A stretch of DNA of 64,000 bases from Macrostomum lignano (taxonomy: Eukaryota), in assembly GCA_002269645.1 (NCBI GenBank), contig NIVC01000405.1, positions 114,720-178,719 on the forward strand. The letters are read 5' to 3'. Below, piece after piece: positions 12,901 through 42,879 of this stretch (positions are counted from its first letter, which is position 1; each line of letters starts with the position of its first letter). The position numbers and the translations under genes were made by a program. The notes beneath the pieces are model-generated. The model was not told the DNA's origin, did not search any database, and was given only the letters and a program-made list of their open reading frames with translations.

Positions 12901-15421
12901 TGTAGAGACCAAGACTCTGAGCAGTTGTTGTCAGATCCTTGATTAGAAGAATCTTGCTCGCGATCAGGAAGAAAATACCGATCGGTGAGTACCTGCAGTC
13001 GTTTGAGCATTTTGACGATGTTGTAACAGTATGAGATGACAATTAATTTTGTTAATAAATTTTCTGACTGCACGAGCATCGGGAGGTCTTGCTTTGTGAA
13101 TTTTTTTAAACCAGGAAGCTTCACAAAAGACAAAAACAATTTCCGATTGACAAACAAAAAATTAACTCCCGCGGAGCTGTCGTGTCTTCTATCCATTCGA
13201 AAACTAAATTACCTGGCAGGTGTTTCCGGATTCAACAGCAGAGCATCAAATCAGATTTTCAATTTAATCCAGCTTATATTGAAGAAAAAACATTTGGGCG
13301 TGTCATTGCGTCTTTCATGCTGAAAGCTTCTTTTGTGCACGTTTCTTTGCAGTCGGTGATTATTAAAGGACACTTGAACCTTCTATTGCAATGCATGGAG
13401 TTCCAAGATAGTACACGTATGTGCTCCTGATTCAATCGTTGATCACTCACCACATTATGATCTTCACCATGCGCATGATGATGTCATTCATGATGTTGAA
13501 GAACTGCACCATGAGCAGCGCTTGATCTCCCATCTGGCCAATGATGATGCCGAAAAAGATTGAAAATGACACCAGGCCTGTGAAATTCCGAAAAAAATAG
13601 TTTTTGAATACTCAGTTTGCGAACCAGATTTTTAACTCTCGTTTTATTACGTCAAAAATAGTTTTGTTTACTTGCCTTTTGTGTGTAGTTTTTCTTTATT
13701 TTTATTAATTAGTTCCCCTCAAATATTATCATAAATGATATAAATCATCACTCTCACTTAGGCATTCAATAAAAAATCATCACTTACCCAGAACATTAGT
13801 CGACCACAAGCTGGTGACTTTGCTGCTCTCCACCATCATCCACTCAGTGGTGTTGGTGGTTTTATTCAAGTACGTTTGATTCACGTCTACAGTTTCAGTG
13901 GCCACTTGTTTGAAGCAGGCTTCGATAAGATTTTCCGGGAACATGTTTCTGCAATGTTGAAATGCAATGACCTATAGAGGTGACTGTGAGGTGCCCTGAC
14001 ACTAGCGTAATGACATAAGAGCACCGCGCTAAACCATGTACTGGGCTACAACCACCCCACTACTATATAAGCTACAAGACATATCGAATTTAAAGTCACT
14101 GGCTATATATTAGATTGTTGTCAGCTGAATTTAAAGCATTTTCTTAACGAGTTGCGCAAAACAGCTTGCTTTTACTATAGCATCCTGATAGTCTCTCGCT
14201 CTGAGTCCTAACAGCTAATCCACCTCTTAGTCTAATTAAAGCTCTTCACCTAAGGTAAACTCAAAGTACCCCGTGACCAGAAAAGCATAGGTTTTCACTA
14301 CGGTCTACATCAGGTAAATATCGTGCCAGAACAACTCATTCAGTGCTAGCTACCTAAATCATGCTGAACACTAATCGTTCACCAACGATCGCACCTGAAC
14401 AAATCAAGAAATGAGTCCAGAGTGCTGGGCATCCGTCTGGCCAAAACTTTCTCGCCTTGGTTGCCGCTCTTCTTAATCTCGGAGCTGCCTGGGTGAATGG
14501 TAACAACTAATATTATGCCAAGAATGACGGCCGCTATGGTGGTGGAGAAGTAGTACAGCAGGGCGCAGGACCCCATCTTTCCGGAAGATTTCGCGTCGAG
14601 ACTCGAGAGGCCTGAGAAGTTGATTAAGTCGAATTTATATAACAGTTATTACTGCATTTTTCTCGCTCTAATTTTACATTCACCCTTCATTAGGAATGTA
14701 TCCGGGTTCTTAGTACCGAATCATTTATAAGCAAATTAACCGAGCCTATCTTGAAGTGCTTCAAGTTACTTTGAAGATCTGAGGGTCTCGAATCTTTGAG
14801 GTCCTCAAAAAATCCTAGATTTCGACAGGCTCAAGAATGATAATACCATTCTACAAATTCATGACTGCATTCTGCCTCTGAATTTTGAAAGCTAACTTGT
14901 ATATAACTTCAACAATCCCAGAATGACATAAAATCGTAAGTATAGATAGGATAAATATATGGAATTTGAGTATTAAATATGGTTTTGGAACTGCCTCCTG
15001 GAAACCCTTCATCTCAGTTCTGGCTTCTACAATAGTTGAGCTAATTTATAAGAAATCAAAGCACGTGACAATAAGCATAATTAAAACAGAATTCACCAGA
15101 AATCAGCGACGATACAATAAGCGGAATGATGAGCATCTTGAGCATGTTCATGAGCAGCTCGCCGGGGAAGCCGATGAGCATCTTGGCGCGCTCGCCGGGC
15201 AGAGCCAGTCTGGTTAGAAGGCCGATGAAGATGCCCAGCACCACCGACAGCACAGTCAGGGTCACCAGCATGTTCTCCGGCTCGAGCACAGTTGCTTTCA
15301 AATTTTGTACGCAACCGCCCTGACGATTGTGCGGCCCTCCTCCGGCTGCCGGCTGCGACGCTGGCTTGTGACGCGAGCCGCCGCTCGGGTCGATGGTACG
15401 CCCGCCGTCCTCGATTAGCAT
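9973..15421 (-). CDS. SLC1A2: Excitatory amino acid transporter, EAAT2-like, about 592 aa; exons complement(15097..15421, 14395..14611, 13788..13948, 13451..13577, 12564..12992, 12311..12445, 9973..10357)
   Basis: Seven GT-AG exons total 1779 nt and stay in frame. Hallmark motifs: [36 protein letters not shown] (HP1), [12 protein letters not shown] (TM7), [13 protein letters not shown] (HP2), [23 protein letters not shown] (TM8, retaining the Arg that specifies acidic substrates). These closely match the EAAT2 subtype as recalled; the orthology is untested. Confidence 0.95.
10505..10830. repeat. Degenerate approximately 19-20-bp G/T-rich minisatellite (GGATTTGATGTTTGGGG-like) in EAAT2-like intron 6
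   Basis: Recurrent TTTGATGTT core with variable G runs. Confidence 0.75.
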
Positions 15422-16967
15422 CGGCTCCTTCGTATTGTTGCCGCCTTCGTTGTTGTCGTCGCTTTGGTGAATTTGGAGGATTTGTTGACTTTTAGGAAAA
15501 CACTTTTATAAAAGACTAAATACAGATTAACAAAATACTTAAAGCCATGAAAAAGTATGATCAGGGGCCCAATTTGCACGAGAATCGGCCGGGGTGCTTA
15601 TAGTGCAATTCTCGAACCATGATGGCCAACCCCCACGGCACAATGAGTGTACATGACTCAATATGAGAAAGCCAGGGCAGCTGTACACCCAGTGTGATCG
15701 TGTGCCTGCGTACGTATCCGTGAGCGTGTGCATTCAGTGGGGTTGAGGGTCAGCGAGTGAGCTTTCAAAACCAGTTTTCATAATTTTATACTGTTAGGTC
15801 TTCATGCAAGTCAATTATGGTTCTTGGAAGATGGTTCCAGTCATTACAGCAGTCACTGGTGCTTTAGTGCAATAATATTGTGCCACCATTGGGACCACAG
15901 TTAACGCCTATGTTGTCTTATCCTAAAAGAGGCATTGGAGACACCGCCTCAACCTTAATTACTCAAACCATTTTCATAGAGTACGACTGGGCCTGACTCA
16001 AGATGACGATAAATACAAATTTGCACACACGCCTAAATACACAGTCGACATCGATGTGAGGCTGGGTGATCTCCTTCATCAATGAAAACCGATCCTAAGC
16101 TGAGTACACAGATACATCCAACTGGCAATCCAGTGCAAGTCACATGTTCAATATGGTATTTTCAGGGTGTCATGAACGAAGTCGTCACAAAATATCAAAG
16201 ACCATTATATACCATTGTGGGAAAGCTGCTACGCAAAAATAGTAATTTTACGAGTGAAATACCAAAAATTGGAACCCATTTTTGTAACATATAACTTGGC
16301 CGAAACTCCAAATTTTTTTGGTCAAACTTTCCATTCTAATTAGCACAGCCTAAAGTACAGGAGGCCCTTTCAATGATTCAAAGACTTTTCAAAGACCAAT
16401 TTACATTGACGGTGTCTATAGAAATAAATTAGTCCTTATCTGACTAACTCACTCTGTACCGCTGCCCTGTAGATTTTGATTCGCCTCTTTGCGAAATCCG
16501 ATCGCATTTCGAGCGAAGCTTGGCGACTTGGACATGCTCAACTGTTACTGGATAGTGCCTGTGTCAATTGAAGCAAGCCTACTACTGCTTGGCAGTCTCG
16601 ATGTCAATATTTATGATATTTTGTAGCTACTGCACGCATCATTGGTTCCCAGAAAAGTCTTTCTAAACTCAAAATGAGTCGAAAGCCAATGAGTGTAAGT
16701 CAAATATTTCTAGAGTAAATAAAATCACTTTTGCTAGCGAAACTACTCTTCTAGACTACATCTAGTAGTGTTTCAAGTGTTTTTGGAAGAAAATCTCAAG
16801 AATTTGATAAATGTGTCATTTAAAAACTCGAACCTGTTCTTTAAATGTCCCTATAATTTAATGTGGCAGATAAAATTCCCACTCTTTCCTCGGGGTTTGC
16901 GGCCTCAGGAGCATATGGGGTTAAGAACGAACAACAAGCATTTAACTCGATGTACACAAGTGAACGC

Positions 16968-17212
16968 AAGACGGACGACGCTCAGCCTAGGGGGGGGCAG
17001 GCCCAATCTAGCTCAGCCAATGAGAGAGCAGTGAGGAGAGAGGTCAAAGTCAGACGGACGAAACTCAGCCTGGGGGCAGGCCCAATCTAGCTCAGCCAAT
17101 GAGAGAGCAGTAAGGAGAGAGGTCAAAGTCAGACGGACGAAATTCAGCCTAGGAGGCAGGCCCAATCTAGCTCAGCCAATGAGAGAGCAGTAAGGAGAGA
17201 GGGTCAAAGTCG
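16968..17212. repeat. Three copies of an approximately 80-bp unit containing CAGCCAATGAG and AGGTCAAAGTC
   Basis: GGCCCAATCTAGCTCAGCCAATGAGAGAGCAGT occurs three times at about 80-bp spacing. Confidence 0.92.
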
Positions 17213-18923
17213 ACACCAGCGGCCAAGAGGAAAGCCCATGGGTCTTGCTGGGCTGCTTCAAATTTTCCTGTAATCTTTCGTTTTAAACTGATTTTTTAGA
17301 GCCAGAGGTGATTGTTGCAGCTTCAAGGACAGAAAATTGAATAAGCCTTTGATTTATTTCTACGAACATAGATTCGAAGAAGATTATAATTTTGCTACTG
17401 AACAACAAATAGTAAGGCACGGAGTGAATGCTTTCAATACCAGTTGAAATATCTCTGACGCAGCAATGACAAATTTGATACTTACTGGTGGAGATTTCTC
17501 CTTGCGAGATTGTCTTCCTGAGTAAAAAAAAACACGCAACGCCCCATGCTGTGGACGGAGCGACTGACAGCGGATGCATCCCAACCGCTACCACTTTCGA
17601 CCCGGAGTTTGCGGGGAACAATGGATCGAGAAAACACGCTACTCTCAGTTGAAGAGAAACACACTAGTGGGGGGAGGAAGCAAGAAGTTTGCTTTGCAGT
17701 TTTCATTCGGTAACTCTTTCTCCATCTACTAGCTCTCTCCTCTCTTTCATTCTTCACTGCCAGCTTCCGGAAAGTCACGGTCACGGGAGTTTTCAAGCTG
17801 CATGACCAACACACACACACACACACACATCCTCTCTGCGAGTTTTATTGTAGACTCAGCGACTAGCCTTGCGGGTTTTTTTAGTCGATGAAAGTACAAA
17901 CCCGGACGGGGGGTCTGGCTTGGCTAGGCGAGCGATAAAATAAACGTCTACTAGTCCAATATTGCATTGTCAGAATTGTGTTGATTGCCCTGTGTGTCGG
18001 CCGCGCAATCTGCCAGTCAATTAGGGGATTAATAAATGACGACAAACCCATAGCTGAAACTGCGCGTGCTTGGGGCAGCCGGGAGCGGGGGGGGGGCAGA
18101 TTCCCGCTATTCTGTTGTACGCCAGCAGCATCTGATAGCCCCGCCATCAGGTGCACAAGAGGCCAATTCACATTGCCCTTAACTCCTCAACCTCCTGGGC
18201 AGCAGCTTTCAGACTTTCATGCTTCAATTTTTCTTTTGAAGAAAATCTCTTTCACTAAACTGGCCTCTTCTCCCTTTCTCCTACATCAAATCTCTCTTTT
18301 CTAGAGGATGGAAAAGCGATTTTCAATTAACTCTTTCAATTCAGGTAAGGGCGATGCAGCTTCCTTCGTTTCCACAAAGTTCTCAAGTGCGACTAACAGA
18401 GGAAGAAAATGAAAGGAATTTAGAGAATGCTGCATAGGGGAGAAAGTCTTAGCATGAGGATCTGAAATCTAGCATAGTTTGGTTAAACTAATCTCCAACA
18501 GAATCAGTAAATCTCAACTTTCAGTGTACCGAAGCAAACAGCTCTCTCTTTCTAGAATTGTATAGTTCCACTATCAGCTCGTTGCCATAGGCGACGGCCG
18601 CTATGGGGGGACTTGGGCCATTTTCCATTTCCCATATTCTAGCTTGATCGGCAGATTCTAATACTGCATTAGGCAAAAACAGCATATAGATTTATCGGAT
18701 CTTGAGGGACAGTTAAAATTGTCCTCAGCTGTGACGCCTTTTGTTTGCGCTTCGCCACGGCTTGTTAGCAAAACCGCCCTCGGATTCTAATGCATCGGAG
18801 GTAACTTTTGGCTATTGTAACCTGCGTGATATCGATTTTGCTGCAGCTGCGCTTTCAGCCAAGCAGATAAGCCTTAGCATAGATGAATGACAAAGGCAAT
18901 GTCTAGCTATGAGAGCTTGTGAG

Positions 18924-18997
<74 letters not shown>

Positions 18998-18998
18998 G

Positions 18999-19033
<35 letters not shown>

Positions 19034-19393
19034 GACTGACTGACTAACTAACTAACTAACTAACTGACTGACTGACTGACTGACTGACTGACTGACTGAC
19101 TGACTGACTGACTGACTGACTGACTGACTGACTGACTGACTGACTGACTGACTGACTGACTGACTGACTGACTGACTGACTGACTGACTGACTGACTGAC
19201 TGACTGACTGACTGACTGACTGACTGACTGACTGACTGACTGACTGACTGACTGACTGACTGACTGACTGACTGACTGACTGACTGACTGACTGACTGAC
19301 TGACTGACTGACTGACTGACTGACTGACTGACTGACTGACTGACTGACTGACTGACTGACTGACTGACTGACTGACTGACTGACTGACTGACT
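18924..19393. repeat. Compound tetranucleotide microsatellite (CTAA)n then (CTGA)n
   Basis: Read directly. Confidence 0.98.
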
Positions 19394-20456
19394 ATCCAAT
19401 CTACTCTAAAAGGGTGCAATAAAGTTGAGTTCCAGCATCTAACCTGCGCAACACTTAGTGCAGGTAGTTGCGAGCATCAGTTTTATTGGCGGCAAAATAT
19501 CCAAGTGAAGCGCTCGTACAGCACGGCGCATCTCTAATAAAATCACCAACAGTGAGGCCCGACTCTCCTCCCATCATAAAACTCTTGGTGCAATCGGAGC
19601 AGTGCTGAGTTGTTTTATAGTTATTGGCTGTCCATAGCAGTTATTTTATCTCATACCTGTCAGTCCCACCCCTGTCATCGCCAACAGCAACTCAGCTTAA
19701 CTGCCCCAATCAACCAGCGTGCTGAATAAAATAATTATTTACGCCCCTGGATGATCGAGAAGGGAATGATTGCCCATCTGGGTGTAATAGCTGCGATATA
19801 ATCTATCTAATAGAGTCTCCGTGGCCTTTCCGCAACCCAGGTTGAGAGCCATCCTAGCCAGTATTTAGTTAATGAGTTCAGCAACATGCACATGTATGGC
19901 TGGGAATAATTTAAATTGGAATAAAATTTAGCCTCATGACACAAAATAAGGGCCCTAGTAGCCTCTTCAACTCACTGGAAGCCCACCTGCTGACGGGTTT
20001 TGAGACGAATATTTGAATATATAATTTTGAGCATCCAGCTCGCTTCTTACCTATCGAAGCTGTTTCTTCGGTTAATCAGCATTCTTTTATATAATTTTCT
20101 TAAACCAATAATATAATGCTGATCTTGCTGTAGTAATGGCAGGTTGAAGCCCTTTTCTGTCGGCTTAAAAAAGTCGAATATCAAAATTACGACTAGCAGA
20201 ATATTTGAAGCTTTTCGAGAAAGAAGACCAAGCAAGTATAAGTGATGATGAGCAGAGGCTGTGCGGCGCCTGACAGATAAAGCAGGGTTGGGGGGGGGGG
20301 GGCTGCGAGGGTTGGTGTCCCCGGCTGCCCTGTCATGACTGACGGGCACGCAAGCCGGATTCAGAAGCCAGCCAACCCGCGGTCTCCTCCCAGACCAGCC
20401 TCACTCACGCACACTGCATCACTGCTGGAGATTTCCCCTTCTCACAGCTGTCCCAC

Positions 20457-20753
20457 GGGTTTGCAGCCTAGTGGCTTAGAGCGTCGAACTCACGACTTGA
20501 AGGTCGGGGGTTCGATTCCCGATCCCACTCGGAACACAATTTGTGTCCTTGAGCAAGACACTTAACTCTGCATTGCTTCATTTCACCCAGCTGTAAAATG
20601 GGTGCCAGCATTAGCTGGGGTAATTGAGGCTGTGTGTGGCGACCCCCAGCCGTACGCAGCCTTCAGATGCGCCGCGCAATAGCTGCGGCTGAGCTGTCAG
20701 TTGCACATCTGGCCCAATTGGGGCAGGTGTAATCTATTAATAATTATTGTTAT
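20457..20753 (+). mobile_element. tRNA-derived SINE with a CORE-like central domain
   Basis: Pol III A box CAGCCTAGTGG (20464-20474) and B box GGTTCGATTCC (20509-20519). TGTGTCCTTGAGCAAGACACTTAAC...CAGCTGTAAAATGGGT resembles the MIR/CORE block. AT-rich tail at about 20731-20753. Confidence 0.75.
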
Positions 20754-21378
20754 CAGCTGTTCAGTCGTTCCCATCTCCTCTAAGCCTTATTTCATGGTTT
20801 GCTTCTTATGCACTGAACGAAGTTGCACTTCATTGTACTCATTTATTTCGAACAAAACAATAGCATAAATTTCAATATGACTGTTGACGGTTTTACATAT
20901 AATTATACCCTTAGGTCGTATATTTCTGAATTTAATAATGCAACAATCTATCCACTAGCTCGTAAAGTATGTGTTCTGCTCTGCTCACGATCCGAACTCT
21001 TATGCTCCTTGGCTGAGCATATTCATAATTGATGACGCATCTGGGAGTCGCTACAATACTCTACCATATAAGATAGATACATCCTACCACAGGAGCCGCG
21101 TGACAGAGTACCCCAGCGGCTTGCAGGTTGAAGCCACTTGATCAATACCATCATCAGCAACTGTTTGGCTACTCTCATCCGAGATGATGAAGAATGATAA
21201 ATTCGTAGACACGGTCACAGGAAATTTGATGTCACGTATGGTGGCTGGCTCAGCAAAGTCATCAGTGAGGGAAGTTGGGCTATCATTCACTTAATTGAAT
21301 TTTGAGCCATTGCTGACAACAATGCCGAAGAGTGATGACGGAGTTTTCAATAAAGTGATGACTTTATTGAAAACTCCT

Positions 21379-21896
21379 TGTCACTACGTTGTCACTACGT
21401 TGTCACTACGTTGTCACTACGTTGTCACTACGTTGTCACTACGTTGTCACTACGTTGTCACTACGTTGTCACTACGTTGTCACTACGTTGTCACTACGTT
21501 GTCACTACGTTGTCACTACGTTGTCACTACGTTGTCACTACGTTGTCACTACGTTGTCACTACGTTGTCACTACGTTGTCACTACGTTGTCACTACGTTG
21601 TCACTACGTTGTCACTACGTTGTCACTACGTTGTCACTACGTTGTCACTACGTTGTCACTACGTTGTCACTACGTTGTCACTACGTTGTCACTACGTTGT
21701 CACTACGTTGTCACTACGTTGTCACTACGTTGTCACTACGTTGTCACTACGTTGTCACTACGTTGTCACTACGTTGTCACTACGTTGTCACTACGTTGTC
21801 ACTACGTTGTCACTACGTTGTCACTACGTTGTCACTACGTTGTCTCTACGTTGTCACTACGTTGTCACTACGCTGTCACTACGTTGTTACTACGTT
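21379..21896. repeat. 11-bp minisatellite (TGTCACTACGT), about 47 near-perfect copies
   Basis: Read directly; produces the spurious LRCHYVVTTLS ORFs. Confidence 0.98.
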
Positions 21897-23774
21897 CTTC
21901 CATTGTAAGAAAGGCCAGGAGTTCATCAAAATTTTAATAAAAGTACCAACGAACAGACAAAGCACATTCGAATGAAAACAAGTTTATTATCAAAAAAGAA
22001 GCAAAGGTAATTAGCAGGAATTCATGCAGCTGGACAAACAGGGCAGTAAGTGTTATGATCTGGTGCAGATTTTCAAAATAAAAGTCCATTTAGGCGTAGA
22101 AACAGCATCACGCGCTCGCTTATTACGGGTCCATAGCTCTCAGTTTCCGTTGCTTTTCTCTTGCGGAAGCAGAAACCGTTTTCACTGTTTCCGCTCCGCT
22201 GCTTGGGGGGGGGAGAGGACGCACGCAATTCGCTTGAAGAAGAAGACAGCAAAATTCGGGGCAAAAAGGAAAGCCTGTCTCTCTAGCTAGTGGGATCCCG
22301 CTTGTTTTGATGGAGGAGAACACGGAAAATCCACGGCCAGAGAATTTCTGATTCGGAACTCGGTTGCGCCATCAATCTTCCTGCCCGTTCATCTGCTGCC
22401 GTTTTTGCTTTGCTAGTCAGTTATTTTTGAGCTCCGGGGCTCTCTCACCTGAACTATCGCCACCCCACACGGAAGCCTCAATCGTGTGAAAACCGTTATG
22501 GTAAAGTTGCTTTTTCCGACAGTGATCAGTTTCTTGTCCCTGCGAGGGAAGATGATAATTAAGAATTTGCGGCCAGCCTCCTCTCTAGTAGTTCGATTTT
22601 CTCTTCAAATACGAAGCTCGGGGTGATGAGCTTTTATCCAGCCGATAAGGTGCCGAGTTCAAATCTGGGGGAAGCGTTGGGATTAATTCTCCGCAAGCTC
22701 CTACTCCAATCCAATATCCTCACCTGGGGCCTGATAACCTTAAACTCCCTCCCCCTCGAGGCCAAAAAAGCATTGACTATAGTATTAAATGATCAATGCT
22801 CTCGACAGGGTAAACTAGAGGAATTTTCAGTGCAGACGGCTGAGACTTTGATAAACATAGCATGGCTTTTTGCAGACCATTTCGGCCTACGCGCATTGAA
22901 CTTAATCCAAGATATGTTTGCCAAAGTAATGGCGCTTTTGTCTATGGTAGCAAGTCTTGACCATGCTAAAGTTATTTTTTTGTGTTTGTTATACTTGAGC
23001 AGATTGCTCTTTTTGACATCACCTTGTATTGTGACACTTGCTTAAATAAAATTGCATTTTACACAGCTGTAATTCATTATAGGGTTTCATACATGGATGA
23101 AGGAATTCCTTCCTTCTATTCCTTCATCCATGGTTTTATAGTCATTAGGGACCAGATTAAATGCTGCTTGCTACCATAGACAAAAGCTTCATTGATTGCA
23201 ATGTCTCCAGCTAACTTCATTGGTCAATTTGTTCATCAGGATCCGAGTGGGAAGGGGAATGGGGGTGTTACAACCATAGACTATTTTATTTTACGCTCAT
23301 AGACTCGTTCGTTTTCTAAAATGATATCCTCGTAAATTGCTTTATTGTCAATTTCAAACAATGACCGGTCATTGCTTGAATGTCATTGCCTTAACGTAAA
23401 TTACCATAGACATTTTGAGCAATGGCCAAGGTCACGAGTACGTGTAGAGTCCCATTGCCATAGAACTGGAACCTGGCCATAGACAATAAAGCCAATCAAT
23501 CATGTAGATAATTTAATCTGGCCAAAGAATTTCATGGTCAACTTGCCTGACAAAAGTACTATGGCTGCTGCTGTTACTGTTGGTGAGCCTTTGTTGAAAA
23601 AAGAAAGAAATAACATTTTTGTTGCCTTCTAAGAGTTGTTTTAACTACTCAACTACAAAGCAACGCTGGCTATTTTAATATGTACAAAATAATTTGTTGA
23701 AAATATTTACGAATACATTTAGACTTTAGTATACACAATTAAAGAATCATGTTAACTAATTTAATATTTTTACT

Positions 23775-24442
23775 AATCCCATCACTTAGAATCCCCATCA
23801 TTAATCCTCACTCAGAATCCGCATCATTAATCCTCTCAATTACTCGTACAATCCCCATCATTAATCCCCTTACTCAAAATCCCCATCATTAATCCCCTCA
23901 CTCAGAATGCCCATCATTAATCCTCTCACTTCCAATCCCCATCATTAATCCCCTCACTCAGAATGCCCATCATTAATCCCCTTACTCAGAATCCGCATCA
24001 TTAATCCCCTCACTCACAGAATGCCCATCATTAATCCTCTCACTCAGAATCCCCATCATTAATCCTCTCACAATCCACATCATTAATCATCTCACTCAGA
24101 ATCTCCATCATTAATCCTCTCACAATCCACATCATTAATCCTCTCACTCAGAATCCCCATCATTAATCCCCTTACTCAAAATCTCCATCATTAAACCCCT
24201 TACTCAGAATGCCCATCATTAATCCTCTCACTTCCAATCCCCATCATTAATCCTCTCAATTACAATCCCCATCATTAATCCCCTTACTCAAAATCCCCAT
24301 CATTAATCCCCTCACTCAGAATGCCCATCATTAATCCCCTCACTCAGAATCCCCATCATTAATCCTCACACTCAGAGTCCCCATCATTAATCCTCTCAGA
24401 ATCCGCATCATTAATCCTCTCACTCAGAATTACCATTAATCC
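23775..24442. repeat. Approximately 25-bp degenerate minisatellite (CCCCATCATTAATCCCCTCACTCAGAAT-like) just 3' of the FBXW10-like stop
   Basis: Recurrent CATCATTAATCC core. Confidence 0.92.
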
Positions 24443-24571
24443 AAAAGGGAAAATCCAAAATTAATTATCATTATATCAGACAGACAAATAAAGAAAGTCT
24501 ATAAAGAACAAAAAAACTAAAAAAATCCCCAAGCCAGCCAGGATTCCCTAGGCAGTGAGCCAAATGTCAAG

Positions 24572-41918
<17,347 letters not shown>

Positions 41919-42879
41919 CGTTTTATTTGCGCTTGGGTAGAATTTTAGTGGCACCTGGGTTGCGTTGTTGCAGTGGATTTTAAAGGTGTTTTTTTACCAG
42001 CATGCAGTACATTATGCTAGGATTTTAATGAATCCTAATTTTTTATCACTGAGATATTTTTATAATGAGAAACGATAAGTAGCTTGATAAAAAGCATCAA
42101 ACTAAACTACATAGTTATCTATGAGTATATTCTATTTTTACCGTAAAAAAATATGTCCTACACTTGCTCATGGCGAGAAACATCAACAAAAAATATAAGC
42201 TAGGCAAACGCAGAATTTTACCAGCAAATATTTTTACTAGCAACTATATTTTGTTATTCTTAAGCAAAACAAGTACAATAAAAAGCCATAAATTCGATCT
42301 TTTCAGAGCTTAAAAGGTAGCCCAAAAACAAGCATACGTGTTCCAACTGTTAATTATTCTGGCTTTGAACTTTGTAAATGTTAGAACTCTTGAAACACAT
42401 AAATGTTTTAGAATTTTCTAAGATAATTTTGCAGAAACGCATAAAACTTTAGTACAAAAATAGATTACAGAGTATACACAGAGCTAGTGTTTAATATATG
42501 AACATAGAACTGTAGCAACTGCGAGTAAATAGATGGTGTGTGTTTAAAAAATGCGGTTTCACAAAAAGCAAATGGTCAATAAACCAAATGGAGCTTTTTG
42601 CTTGCATTACTGTGAATAATATCAATTCGAAAGTGTATCTTAAGAAAAAATCTAAATAGATGCTTGAAGTTAAAAAGTAGATCGACAACCAAGCTGTGTC
42701 TTAAATCCATTAAAAAGAGTTTTAAAAACATAAAATAAGTTTAAAACTAAAATGACTTTAAAATCATTGACTTACTTTATGTTTATACAAAAAAGCATAA
42801 ACACTATTGTTTTATTTGTTTATTTAAATTTCTGCTTTAGCCCGAAGTTTAAAAGTACCATTTAACAAGATCCTTGCAA

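Noticed and set aside
15960-16085. Gypsy reverse-transcriptase-like peptide (FHRVRLGLTQDDDKYKFAHTP)
   Set aside because: Only a faint resemblance, with no following MPFGL or YxDD motifs and no LTRs.
18924-19060. Interstitial telomeric repeat
   Set aside because: The unit is CTAA/TTAG, not TTAGGG or TTAGG.
20457-20530. Functional tRNA gene
   Set aside because: The A and B boxes are present but there is no closing acceptor stem or oligo-T terminator, and it continues into a SINE body.
21084-21290. Coding exon remnant (MNDSPTSLTDDFAEP...)
   Set aside because: Bounded by stops, with no family recognised and no convincing splice sites.
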